Shown one piece after another: positions 1 to 12,218 of a stretch of DNA of 55,827 nt. This DNA is from Octopus sinensis (taxonomy: Eukaryota). The stretch is from the NCBI RefSeq assembly GCF_006345805.1, contig NW_021833738.1, positions 1 through 55,827 on the forward strand, written 5' to 3'. Positions within the stretch are counted from its first letter, which is position 1. Every line of letters begins with the position of its first letter. A program made the position numbers and the translations under genes. The notes under the pieces are model-generated. The model was not told where the DNA came from and searched no databases. It worked only from the letters and a program-made list of their open reading frames with translations.

Positions 1-594
1 ATATTTTTTTATAAAATTATAAAGTTTTACCTTTAGGGAATATTTCTTCTCTGCATCACCCTTTACGTTTTGGTTTTGATGGATCTCATCAGGGATATAT
101 TTTCGGAAAGAATCCATATGATATCTAAATAAATATATTGATGTTATGCATATGAGGATACAGCAATTAGCGTAATTATTCATTCAATATTGATTTTAAT
201 TAATCCTGAACACACCTCCGGTATATGAAGACATGAAGGCCAATGAATTTCATTAAGAAATATGATATGCCCCATAATATATTAAATGTTGGACCCGACA
301 ATACATGAAAGAATTGGGGTTTCGCATTTAGTACGAGAAATCAAACAGGAATATGCGGACAACTGATGTGGCGTTGGAACAGTTTACACTCTTGCTCGCA
401 TCTCAGAGAAGGAAATGGCTTGGGGAATTTCCCCACAAATATACATGGGGGTTTTGTATTAGGTCATCGCTGCGATAACTACATACTAACAGATAAAACT
501 CTCACACACATATTGTATGTATTTATATAAGAGTGTGCGTACGTGTATGTATATATGCATGTATGTATGTATGTATGTATATATATATGCATAT

Positions 595-630
<36 letters not shown>

Positions 631-778
631 CATACATACACACGTATGTGCATCTATGCATTTGATTACACACTATAATTACACATACGTGCTCATATCA
701 AAGAGTGTATGCCACTTACAGGCCGGTCTATATGTGTGTGTGTGTGTTTCTTAGTGTGTGCATCTATGTTTATATGTT

Positions 779-824
<46 letters not shown>

Positions 825-1236
825 TATATATATATATGTATGTATATATATATTATATATATATTATATATATTATAAAATGAGATAGGGGTTGAAAATT
901 CAAGCCACCACATGGTATAATATATATCCAATATACTGCTAGATAGGTACCCAACAAATTAATACATAGATGTTAAAAATTGTCAAACAATCATTTCATC
1001 TATTGCATTATATGGGTAAAGGTAATAATTTACCGTAAATTAATACTACACAATTAGAGAATGGAGAAATATACTTAAATCAGTAAAACATCAACTATCC
1101 GATGAAACTCAATCCATACTTTAATACACCATTACATATTAGTAAAGGCAATACATAAAATGAAATGAGATATACAGTAATAGTAAAAAGATAAGAGATA
1201 TAAGTAAAAAATTTTCAAATATATAGCAAATAGATC

Positions 1237-1352
1237 AAAACTGACAGCTGTTTCGGCAGTGAGGACAGTCATACCTCATTTAACCTATAAGCCATAAAGG
1301 CAGGTATAAATGAGGCATTAACAAGGATGCCCCACGGCCTCTTCAGAGAATT
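1237..1352 (-). ncRNA. Candidate type I hammerhead ribozyme with long branched stem II
   Basis: Minus strand reads CUGAAGA (1346-1340), stem II GGCCGUGGGG.../...CCUCACUGCC enclosing further hairpins, GAAAC (1254-1250), palindromic ACAGCUGU and a GUC cleavage triplet (1245-1243). Stem I is weak. It lies downstream of the PLE ORF. Confidence 0.6.
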
Positions 1353-3464
1353 AAATTAAATTTTTTATAATAGTGAAAATATTATACAATCATATACATA
1401 TAAATATAAAAATATAAAAATGTAAAATATAAAAACTTATACATCATAATGCTACACTTATATAATATAATACACATTTGTACAAAAAAGGAAGGTAAAC
1501 AGAACAATAACAAAAATATATATAGTGTATATATTAATATCAATAAGTACCGATATTATACATATTTGGCTAATAGTTTTTTTAAAATATATATAAAAAA
1601 GAGCTAACATATATGGAGATGAAAAACAATAATTAAATCCGTGGTACAGTTCATAAGATTCTAAAGTATAAAAGTTAATAAAAATTACTATAATAATAAT
1701 AATAATAATAATATAATAATAATATGATAATAAAAAAATATAAAAAATAATAATATAATAAAAAAATAGATACAGTTAAGTTAGCACCAAGTCCATCCTT
1801 ACAAGATCGAAATAACTATGAGTTAAGAAATGCTGACCACTAGGTAAAGAAAATATAGATTAATTCGATTGGCTATTGGTTTGAATTAAATCACAAAAGA
1901 AAATTATACGGTTGGTTAGTCAAGGAACGCCAATATTCACACACGCATCTACAGATCAATCGCACATACACCCATAGTTTATATGTATATGTATACACTT
2001 ATACACATACATAATTACAAGCAACAACTAGCACATAGATAAACAAAAAGGGAAGTAACTATGCTCCAATTTAGTCCTTCAAAATAACTGTGCCTCAATA
2101 ACAAAAGAAGAACCATCCATGCATTTCATAAAATATTTAATTTAGATATAAATATATTTTAAATATCAGTGTGTTACTAAATAAATCGATACTTATTTCA
2201 TGGGTAACTTAAAATTTATAACACCGGTTTGTTGCAGAGTAAACAACGTTGTTAGATTTATCGTAAGTTTGTTATGGTTTTTAGTACGCTAAATTATAAA
2301 ATATAAAAATATAAAATGTATATTAATTTAAATATTATAAATAAGTCACTTATTAACTTAATAAATATAGTGCCATAATATACCAGTTTAGGCATTAAAG
2401 AATAGAAGGGGAAGTCTAATGTAAACGCTTATGAGAAACATCACAGAATTTTAAATAAATTTTCTATTATAAAGACTTAAGGTGAAAAGAGATAAAATAA
2501 GTAAGAAGGAATAAATACGAAGGAAAATACGGTTATACATATAATTATAAGTACAAACCAGTATATATGTATTCATATATTATTAAAATTAATAAAAATA
2601 AATGATAGATATGTATATATAAAACTACCCCAGTATAAGTAAATAAGTAAAAAATAAATAGGCAGCAAATTAGATGACTTGATATGTATGTAAACATCTA
2701 CACTTAAATAGGCAAATAAATAAATAAATAGAAGACTAGATGCAAAAATTGATAATATTACAATAAAATGGAAAATAAATAAAAAATAATAAGTAGAGTG
2801 AATATATATGTTATATTGTTGAAAGTAAATATGTATGGAAGGATAGTTTAAAGTACCGATCCAGAAGACTATAGATATAAACTAAATATATGAGGCTGGT
2901 AATAATTATAAAGCATAATGCATGTAAATGAGAAAATGAAAAAAATGAAAAAGGTTTATCAGTGAATAGCATAAGATACAAATTAAGGTGAGTACAAAAA
3001 GACCAAATATACAATAAAAACCTTCCAAATAAACACATACAAAAAACCTATAATCTCAACCTAAACCCACCAAACTCACAAAGGCTCTCATATATTACAT
3101 ATTATACAATATCATTACATTATCCAGAGCTAGGTATCTACCCAAGATATATATATATACTATGTAATATACTATGCAATATTGGAAAACTTCAAAAATC
3201 ACAAAATTACAAGGCAAGTACCAAAATGAATATGTTATTTTATGTCATATTGCAATTCTCTTAAGAAACAAACAAAAACCCACATACAAAAAACAAGAAA
3301 CCAATAATACTAGACACATCCATTAATTATTATACAAATGTAGCTGTAAAAATTATAAAATTATAAAATATATAAATTGTATACTTTGGAAATTATAGAA
3401 GACCACAGGTATATTTAGTTAAAGAAGGGAGTTAAAAAATTAAAATTAGTGGAAGTGCTAAGTT

Positions 3465-5273
3465 CTATTTGAATCTAGAAAAGGTGAACGGTAGCCTATG
3501 AATACAAAAGAAGTTTTTTTCATTAATGTTGTTAATAATTTGCCGACCCGCTTTAATAATGAAGAATTTCATTAATACATAGAGAGCATTTTTTATTTTT
3601 TTCATTATACACAGGTGCTGAAGTTAGTATTTTCCAGTTTAATCTAAAATCTAAGTTCTTATTTTTAAGTTCCCAAATGTATGCACTTAGCCCTGTAGAG
3701 TACATTCTATTTTTATTCCTAAAAGTATATCTGTGATAATTCCATCTTTGTTTTATGCTATTCATAGTTGCCCCCAATATACACCCTACTACTCAATTGT
3801 GTATCTACAGTGCATTGGTAAACAACCTCCTTCCTGAGGCATTGATTACCAAATACACATTTATTTTTATTTCTGCAATTACAAAGGTTAACAGAATGAG
3901 GAAATCTAAAATTGGACAACACCCCTATACTACTATTCACATTATAAGTGTTACAATTGTTATCATCATCCAACCCAAAATCAACGAATGAGTTAAATTC
4001 ACATTATCGGCTATATTCCTATCACTAGTACTAGTATTGGTAGTAGTAGTATGATCTATTTCATTTATATTATCTCTGACAGGTATGGTGCACTCATTAT
4101 TAGTAAGGAGGTTGTTCCCATTTGTTCCAAGAAAGTTTCTATTCCTATTATTAATAAGAGGGGCAAGTTTTCCTGGTCTAAATTCAATTTTCTATCCTTA
4201 TAGAAGTGATCCAGTTTCTTGTTATTAAAAGAGGAGATAATTGTGGCTAGATTATGAGTAATGCTATATCCCACTCTAACAGTACCGTTGTTAATTAAAG
4301 GACTAAATTTATTCCTATCCTTACCAAAATGCCTAAAAATAACATTATGCAAAGCTCTCACTATGTTTGTTTTAATCTGCATTGCATATGGGATAATTAA
4401 CCAAAGAGTATCCTTATCAGAATTAGGATTGCCTATAGAATTAATGTTATTTGTAAAAATCCTATTCGTAGACCAACTCATAGGATTACTATTCTTACCA
4501 CTGTCATTATTATATTTATCTATATCAATATTACCATGGTTATTGCGCAAGTAAACTTTACCATTATCATGTCTACCATAAGTTTTAATTTGTATATTAT
4601 TATTAATATTCCTACTATTACTCGTATGTTTGGATCTATTTGAGCTACCGTTCACCTTTCCAAGGTTAACATCACTTCTACATTTATTATAGGTGTTATC
4701 AATATTCCATTTTTACAATTCTTATGTATATTGTGGATTATCCTAAATCTATTTGTGTTGTTCCTGATAGTTCTACCTACATTAGGGGGGTTCCCCTTAG
4801 GTATAAACCAAATCTTACTTTTATATCCTGCCTTAGTAATGCTGCATTGTATCTATCACAGTGTTTGTTAAAAATTTCCTCGTTTGAGGATAAACTAGAA
4901 ATTCCTGACTAATGCTCCTCACTAGTGCATTTTTAATTTGAGGGGGGTGATTACTTGAACGGTTAATGTATATTAGGTTAGAATTAGGTTTAATATAGGG
5001 TTCATGTAAACCATTAGTAATATTACAATTAACATCTAAATAATTAGCAGAATAATTCTCACTTTCAATGATAATGGATAGGCCGAAGCTTTTAAAAAAT
5101 TTATTTATTCTTTTTTTCAGAAGATCTAATCTCCTATTTGATGTATTCCTAACACAAATAAGGCGTCATCCCTGTATAATCCACCTTTTAATTCAGGGAA
5201 TTCCCTACTAAAGTTATCTAATATACATCCCAACTAGATCAGTCACCTCCTCCGCTGAGTCCGGCGATCCCAT
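3465..5273 (-). pseudogene. Frameshifted PLE polyprotein remnant (RT C-half, linker, GIY-YIG endonuclease)
   Basis: ORF pieces 4065-4655 (LWLIIPY..IKTNI..RVGYSITHNLATIISSFNNK), 3758-3973 (CNCRNKNKCVFGNQCLRKEVVYQC..VYIG) and 3553-3777 (KQRWNYH..LSAYIWELK..WKIL..CSLCINE) match the PLE linker and GIY-YIG pattern. They are broken by frameshifts and stops. Confidence 0.88.
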
Positions 5274-5468
5274 ATATATATATATGTATGTATATATATA
5301 TATATATAATATATATATATGTATATATATATATTATATTTATATATATATGTATGTATGAATGTATGTATGTATGTATGTATGTATAAAGAAATAAAAA
5401 TGTAGAAAACCATAGATTAACCAAAACCTCGACTGGACTACATTTATCGCTTATTTATTAATAGAAAC

Positions 5469-5803
5469 CATGGCAAAACAAATTTTACAGTCGCTTCTAA
5501 TCAGGTTCAGAGAATGCAGTCAATACATAAATGTGAAAATAAAATTTTTCATCTTTATAGGGCACTAAAATTAAGGTAACAGATCTTCATCAGAGTGAAA
5601 AAAAATACAATATAAACAAAAGGAAGGAGGAAAATGAAAGAAAACATAGCTTAGATATATTGTATGGTCTCTTTTTTCACTCTGATAAAAATCTGTTGCC
5701 TTAATTCGAATGTCCTATGAATATGAATTTTATCCTCGCATTTATGTATAGACTGCATTCTGGCAATCTGATTAGAAACGGCTGTAAGATTTGTTTTGCC
5801 ATG
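5469..5803. repeat. Imperfect inverted repeat, arms about 135 bp (5469-5603 / 5671-5803), spacer about 67 bp
   Basis: The reverse complement of the right arm (CATGGCAAAACAAATCTTACAGCCG...) aligns by eye to the left arm (CATGGCAAAACAAATTTTACAGTCG...) at roughly 80% identity. Confidence 0.85.
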
Positions 5804-6168
5804 CTTTGTATTATTAAATTAGCTATAAATGTGGTCAAATTGATGTCTTTGTTAATCTATGGATTTCTCCATTTCCTAATTATTTTCATTGGCTTCTGAT
5901 AAACTCTTGTTTATCTTGTTGTTACCTGCTTTCTACGTGTATGTTGTGCTTCCACACCATCGGCCGGGGATAATACAAGTAACGGATACCGATGGTATAT
6001 AGGGATATTTTATATTCTTAGCTGGTTATTTTAACCGCTAACTCTGTTCATATATAATATATATATTCATTTTATGTCATTCTTGATGTTACTAGTACCG
6101 TAGTACCGTGTAACCCAGCTCAAACTCCTACATGGTCAGACAGTCGCCGACTGAACTGATAAACGTAC

Positions 6169-6361
6169 CTCGACTGCTCAGTAATGAGTGGGTCTTTTTG
6201 TTAGACGCAATGTGAAAATATCGGAGGAACTCAGGAGCACCAGTGGCAATTATGCAGCTTCGATTCAATAACCGTTCGTGTTTGTTTAGATAACGCAAAG
6301 AGAAGGAAAAACCTGATGTTACATCTGCGTTATCCTCTGCAATTGTTGAGTTGGGGCGCAT
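6169..6361 (-). CDS. Candidate coding exon, product unknown (MRPNSTIAEDNADVTSGFSFSLRYLNKHERLLNRSCIIATGAPEFLRYFHIASNKKTHSLLSSR)
   Basis: High-complexity island. Acceptor ttttgctcatgccttaag| at 6362, donor GAG|GTACGT at 6168, and only one open frame. No family recognised. Confidence 0.25.
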
Positions 6362-6625
6362 CTTAAGGCATGAGCAAAATAGTAAATGAAAATGTCTACG
6401 AAGAAGTAAAATCTCGCATCACCGTAGGGATAAAGCTTTTTGAATCACCAAAGGCAGAGAAACGCATTTTTACCGCACATGGGAATACGAGGTTTTAGTA
6501 GGACTGCAGGCAGTGTGGAAATTTTGTTGCTAGTGTCTGGGTGAGTAGTAAAACATTTGCATTACTTGGAATCAGGATGCACCCATAAAATATGTGTTTC
6601 TCTATACAAACTAGTAACTTCATGT

Positions 6626-6790
<165 letters not shown>

Positions 6791-6921
6791 TGACTGGCTG
6801 TCTGTTTCTCTGTCTATCTGTCTGTCTCTGTGTCTCTCTATCTATCCCTACTTACTCTGCCACTTCTCTGTATTCTTTCTTTATATATGTATATATATAT
6901 ATCTACTTTGTTCATAAAACT

Positions 6922-6962
<41 letters not shown>

Positions 6963-7350
6963 CGACGAATTTAACAGTGAAATATACAGTAACCTCTCTT
7001 AAAGGGATCAACGTATTGCGTTTCTTATTTAAATGAGTTATGTATTTAGAAAATCTTCCTTCTGTCTATTTTTCTCAAGTGCTTTCCATTAATATTTTAC
7101 TATATTTCTTGTATACGAGAGAGCAGTATACAAGATTAATGTATTCATATATCTATAGGTCACTCTTTGTTATCATCTCTACAATAACTCAGACCCATTG
7201 TCTGTGTTTATATATTATATACGCACATAGATATATAAGTTCCTAAACGCAGAGACATTGACATTCACACACACACATATGTATATGTTTGGATGCGTGT
7301 GCATAACCTCATATATAACACGTGTGTGTATTTGAGTGTGTGTGTGTGTG

Positions 7351-7385
<35 letters not shown>

Positions 7386-7530
7386 ATTCATACGCATAAT
7401 GCCCGAGACCTTTAACTAGGATAGTAAATTACTATTATTTATCTTCCTATCTATCTGCTGTTCCCTCTCGCTTTCTCTCCCTTTCGAATTATGCACATAT
7501 ATGTACACACACACAAACACACTCATAAAT

Positions 7531-7567
<37 letters not shown>

Positions 7568-8055
7568 CACACACACATATTCATGTAACGACACTTGTGT
7601 GTTACTTTTAATTCTTTCATTTTCTTTGTGTTTCAACCATATGACTAAGGTCATGCTGGAGCAGCTCTGTGACATTGTACCAGTTTTCACAACCCTTTTA
7701 TGTGATTGATTCTCTTACGTGGTGTGATTTCCTATCTCCAAATTCTTTTATTTATTTATTTTTTGGGGTTCAAAGTGTGCATGTTGGAATTTGATACTTC
7801 CAGCGCAGTCTGTACTTCATACAAGGACTTTAGTTCACCTCGTATCATAGATAGGATAATGTCCAATCTTTTCTTGAAGGTAAATGACGCCACCCTGCTG
7901 GCAGAAACGTTAGCACGCAGGGCGAAATGCTTTCCTTAGTTTCAGATGTTCACTGGGTTAGGAATATGTGTTTCCCTATTGAGGGTAACTCTTATTACAA
8001 CTGCCAGATTTCTTTTCTATAAGAAGTAGCGTAGACATTCACATAGTCTACACGT

Positions 8056-8170
8056 CCAACGCATCGACCCCAGGACTTATTCTTTGTAAGCCTAGAACTT
8101 ATTCCATCGGATCTCTTTTGCCGAACCGCAAAGTTTCGCGGACGTAAACACACTACTTGGTTGTCAAGCT
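8056..8170 (-). mobile_element. SINE family A, 3' half (outer copy of a nested set)
   Basis: gaccccaggacttattctttgtaagcctag...ggttgtcaagc matches the 3' half of the full copy at 8385-8792. Confidence 0.85.
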
Positions 8171-8180
8171 TATAAACATA

Positions 8181-8366
8181 TGGTGTTCAAAACGTCTCTC
8201 TGCAGTAAGTATTTAATGGTTTTCGATCGATTCTTGTACGCTGCCACTCCACCTGCTCCCCAGAAAAAGAGTCTGGTGATGTTAAATAAGGGGAGCGTGG
8301 TAGCCATAGTCTCTTCAAAATAATACGTTCACCAAAATACTGCGGAGAGACGTTCTAAACAACCTG
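8181..8366. mobile_element. Tc1/mariner (DD37D/maT-like) MITE with about 30-bp TIRs and TA TSD
   Basis: Left end TA|TGGTGTTCAAAACGTCTCTCTGCAGTA, right end TACTGCGGAGAGACGTTCTAAACAACCTG|TA. The internal minus-strand remnant ERII..LWLPRSP.LTSPD resembles the WPPRSPDL motif. The same TIR occurs at 20517. Confidence 0.8.
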
Positions 8367-8384
8367 TATGAAATATATATACTT

Positions 8385-8792
8385 TTTTTTTACTCTTTAC
8401 CCTTTTATTCTTTTACTCTTTTACTTGTTTCAGTCATTTGGCTGCGACCATGCTAGAGCACCGCCTTTAGTCGAGCAACTCGACCCCGGGACTTATTCTT
8501 TGTAAGCCCAGTACTTATTCTATCGGTCTCTTTTGACGTAAACACACCAGCATCGGTTGTCAAGCAATGCTAGGGGGACAAACACAGACACACAAACACA
8601 CACATACATATATATATATATACATATATACGACAGACTTCTTTAAGTTTCCGTCTACCAAATCCACCCACAAGGCATTGGTCGGCCCGGGGCTATAGCA
8701 GAAGACACTTGCCCAAGATGCCACGCAGTGCCACTGAACCCGGACCATGTGGTTGGTTAGCAAGCTACTTACCACACAGCCACTCCTGCGCC
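8385..8792 (-). mobile_element. SINE family A, full length (tRNA head, CORE-like CCTTGGGCAAGT block, central TA/TG microsatellite, LINE-like tail)
   Basis: Minus strand starts GGCGCAGGAGTGGCTGTGTGGTAAG with A/B-box-like motifs and ends in an (AAAAGAGT)n tail. At least eight other copies or halves occur in the window. Confidence 0.92.
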
Positions 8793-9158
<366 letters not shown>

Positions 9159-9309
9159 ACGACGGACTCTTGAGCTTCTGTCAACCAAATCCACTCACAA
9201 GACTTTGATTGGCAAAAACTATGTAGAAGACACTAGCTCAGGTATATCGAAGCAGGACTGAACTCGGAAACATGTGGTTGGGATGCAAGCTTCTTAACAG
9301 ATGGCGACC

Positions 9310-9310
<1 letters not shown>
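9159..9310 (-). mobile_element. SINE family A, 5' half, diverged (outer copy of nested set)
   Basis: acgacgg..caaatccactcacaagactttg..ggactgaactcggaaacatgtggttgg matches the family A head. Confidence 0.8.
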
Positions 9311-9364
<54 letters not shown>

Positions 9365-10187
9365 ATATATATATATTGTTATGTACTATGCATGTATATG
9401 TGTAGGTTGATGTTTGTTTACATATGTATGAATGTGTATATTGGATATATTTTTGTGTGTTTAATCTATATAACTATTTCAATTACCTTTTTTTAAAATG
9501 TTATATCTTATATGTACACCATTCTTATATAGGTTTTAGTAATCATGGTATTTATGTTTGAAATTATAAGCTCATTTAAGCCTATTCTTTCACCTATTCT
9601 TAATCGCATATTCTTTGGTTTCAATTTTATCTCGACTTCTACTGCGTTGGCGCCGGAGTTCTAATTTTATTACATTGTATAGACATCTTCCATCTCTTTT
9701 GTTCTCAACGCTTTTCTCTCCCATAGCCTATACCCTACCGTTTAAGAAACTCAATGCCATTGGCTACTTCACTTTATTTTGAAATATAGCTAGCTTACCG
9801 ATACAGAATTTAATTGGTCGGGGAACCTAGATTTGTTCCCACACACTTTTTCCAATGTCGCTGAAGGTAGTACATTCTTCTTTTTGTATCGTTTCGACTA
9901 TATATTGTACCCCGCATATGAAGGTACCTGAAGATGAACCAAGCCCAAAATATGTTACGATCTTAATTTACGTAACACAAGTGCAGATTGGATGGAAATA
10001 AATGCAGTACGCATTTGTCTTCTCCGTTCCCTACAACTATCAATTTAATATCGTACAATTAGCAATTTTCGTTCTCACACGATATTTGTATAATTCCGGT
10101 GATCGAAATCTATATCAAGTTCGACATTAGACGAGGTATGTAATAATTAGATTTGCTGATCGAGTGACATCTGCTTCATAGCATCTA

Positions 10188-10578
10188 ATAATTCTTTTCT
10201 ACTCTAGGCACAACGCCAAAATATTTGGGAAGGGAGCCAGTCGATTAGATCGACCCCAGTATGCAACTGGTATTTAATTTATTCACTCCGAAAGGACGAA
10301 TGGAAAAAATCAATCTCGGCTGAATTTGAACTCAGAACGTAAGAACGGATCAAATGCCACTAAGGAATTTTCTGCCAGCTTCGGCTTTACCACGCCATCA
10401 AATAATAATTTTTAGTATAGTTACAAGGCCTGAAATTTATGGAGGGGCTAGTTGATTTCATAGACCCCAGTGTGTAAGTAGTAATTATTTATTCGTCGGC
10501 GAAACGATGAAAGGTAAAGTCGACATCGGTGGAATTAGAACTCAGAACGTAAGAACGGATCAAATGCCACTAAGAATT
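10188..10578 (-). mobile_element. Two tandem copies of SINE family C (tRNA head + GCCTTTCATCCTTTCGGGGTCGAT-type central domain)
   Basis: Units 10188-10398 and 10401-10578 share CAGAACGTAAGAACGGATCAAATGCCACTAAG and resemble the TSD-flanked copy at 16400-16633. Confidence 0.8.
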
Positions 10579-10651
10579 TGTTATACATACATAGGTACAT
10601 ATATCTATACTTGCATACATATATATGTATATATATACACACATACTTTAT

Positions 10652-10688
<37 letters not shown>

Positions 10689-10689
10689 C

Positions 10690-10886
10690 TCTTTTACTTT
10701 TTGACTGCGGCCATGCTGGAGCACAGCCTTTGGTCGAGGAAATCGACTCCAGGACTTATTCTATGTAAGCGTAATACTTATACTATCGGTCTTTTTTGCC
10801 TAATCGCAAAGTTACGGGGACGTAAGCACATCGGTTGTCAAGTGATGTTGGGGGGGGGGAATAAACACAGACACACAAACACACAC

Positions 10887-10890
<4 letters not shown>
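10690..10890 (-). mobile_element. SINE family A, 3' half
   Basis: ttgactgcggccatgctggagcac...ttgtcaagtgatgttgggggg matches family A. Confidence 0.88.
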
Positions 10891-10952
<62 letters not shown>

Positions 10953-10957
<5 letters not shown>

Positions 10958-11258
10958 GAGCTCGAATCCCGGACCGGGCTGCGTGTTGTGTTCTTGAGCA
11001 AGACACTTTATTTCACGTTGCTCCAGTTCACTCAGCTGTAGAAATGAGTTGCGACGTCACAGGTGCCAAGCTGTATCGGCCCTTGCCTTTCCCTTGGACA
11101 ACATCGGTGACGTGGAGAGGGGAGGCCTGTATGCATGGGCGACTGCTGGCCTTCCATAAAAAAAAGACAACCTTGCCCAGACTTGCGCCTCAGAGAGTAA
11201 CTCTCTAGGTGCAAACCCATGGTCAGTGTCTGACCGAAGGGGGTCACCACCACCACCA
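10953..11258 (+). mobile_element. SINE family B (CORE-type), slightly 5'-truncated
   Basis: B-box GCTCGAATCCC, CORE-like TTCTTGAGCAAGACACTT..CAGCTGTAGAAATGAG and a distinct tail ending GACCGAAGGGGG-(CAC)n. Confidence 0.75.
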
Positions 11259-11260
11259 TA

Positions 11261-11765
11261 TCTATATATATAAAACTCTAGTTGTGTGAGTGTCTGTCCC
11301 CTTCGATTTAGATTCCTAACTCCTCCCACATTTTGCGGTGCAGTTTAACCAAATTCGGGTATCTTATAGTCGTGATTCATATCGAGCCCGTCTGACTATT
11401 AGCGCGCGTCAACGATGAGTCTACGATTTTAAAAGTAATTTAACATCATTTTTTATTCCATTTTAATGCATAAAATGCATCGTATGTCGATGGCGGCGAG
11501 TTGGCGTCCACGCTCACAGCTGCACCTGTTTGCTTCTCCCCCTTCCCTCCCTCGTGAAGCTGTGGGGAAGGGAGTGTAAAGAAATCAACGTCGTAATGCG
11601 TTGTGAAGGAAACCAGCGTTCTTTTAGAACAACGACTTCATGGCTTGAAGACACCAAAACAAAAATGGCTAAGAAAGCCCGAATTTATAAGGGAAGTAAC
11701 TCTCTAAAAATGCTTATATAGTTATTTCCCTTACAAACCCGAGCAACGCCGGGCGATACTGCTAG
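11261..11765 (+). mobile_element. Non-autonomous Helitron
   Basis: A|TCTATATATATAAA 5' end, subterminal hairpin CCCG-agcaacgc-CGGG (11738-11753), CTAG|T 3' end, AT target and no TSD. Confidence 0.85.
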
Positions 11766-11780
11766 TATATATATATATAT

Positions 11781-11861
<81 letters not shown>

Positions 11862-11870
11862 CATATATAT

Positions 11871-12018
11871 GACGGTCTTCTTCCAGTTTCCGTCTACCAA
11901 ATCGACTCATAAGTCTTTGGTCGGCCCAAGGCTATAGTAGAAGGAACTTGCCCAATGTGCCACGCAGTGGGACTGGACCCGGAGCCATGTGCTTGGTAAG
12001 CAAACTACTTACCACACA
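11871..12018 (-). mobile_element. SINE family A, 5' half (partner of 10690-10890)
   Basis: gacgg..cagtttccgtctaccaaatc..gccacgcagtgggact..acttaccacac. Confidence 0.88.
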
Positions 12019-12142
12019 CACTTTGTACTTAGCAGTTTTGATCATTCTCATTTTCGTATTGTTTTCCCACCTTCTTCTGCATTTATGTGGTTACTTGAAT
12101 ATATATATATATATAATATATATATATATATATTATATATAT

Positions 12143-12218
<76 letters not shown>

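Larger units (their letters stand above)
870..5273 (-). mobile_element. Penelope-like retroelement (Neptune-like), 5'-truncated, with long AT-rich 3' region
   Basis: Minus-strand translation gives PLE RT motifs MGSPDSAE..DLVGMY (5273-5225) and GGLYRDDA (LYRDD at 5165-5179), the thumb LDVNCNITNGLHEPYIKPNSNLIYINRSSNHPP, a linker and a GIY-YIG domain. The 5' end abuts a (TA)n tract. The 3' boundary near 870 is approximate. Confidence 0.88.

Noticed and set aside
60-115. CTGATGA on the minus strand near GAAA/AAAAC
   Set aside because: Stems I and II cannot be formed in either permutation.
1-480. Non-repetitive sequence possibly from a retroelement ORF
   Set aside because: The frames I translated have stops and no recognisable motif.
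6478-6546. Plus-strand first exon MGIRGFSRTAGSVEILLLVSG with GTGAGT donor
   Set aside because: The nearest strong acceptor (near 9726) gives a stop within a few codons in the required phase, and the signal peptide is unconvincing. Kept only as part of the island finding.
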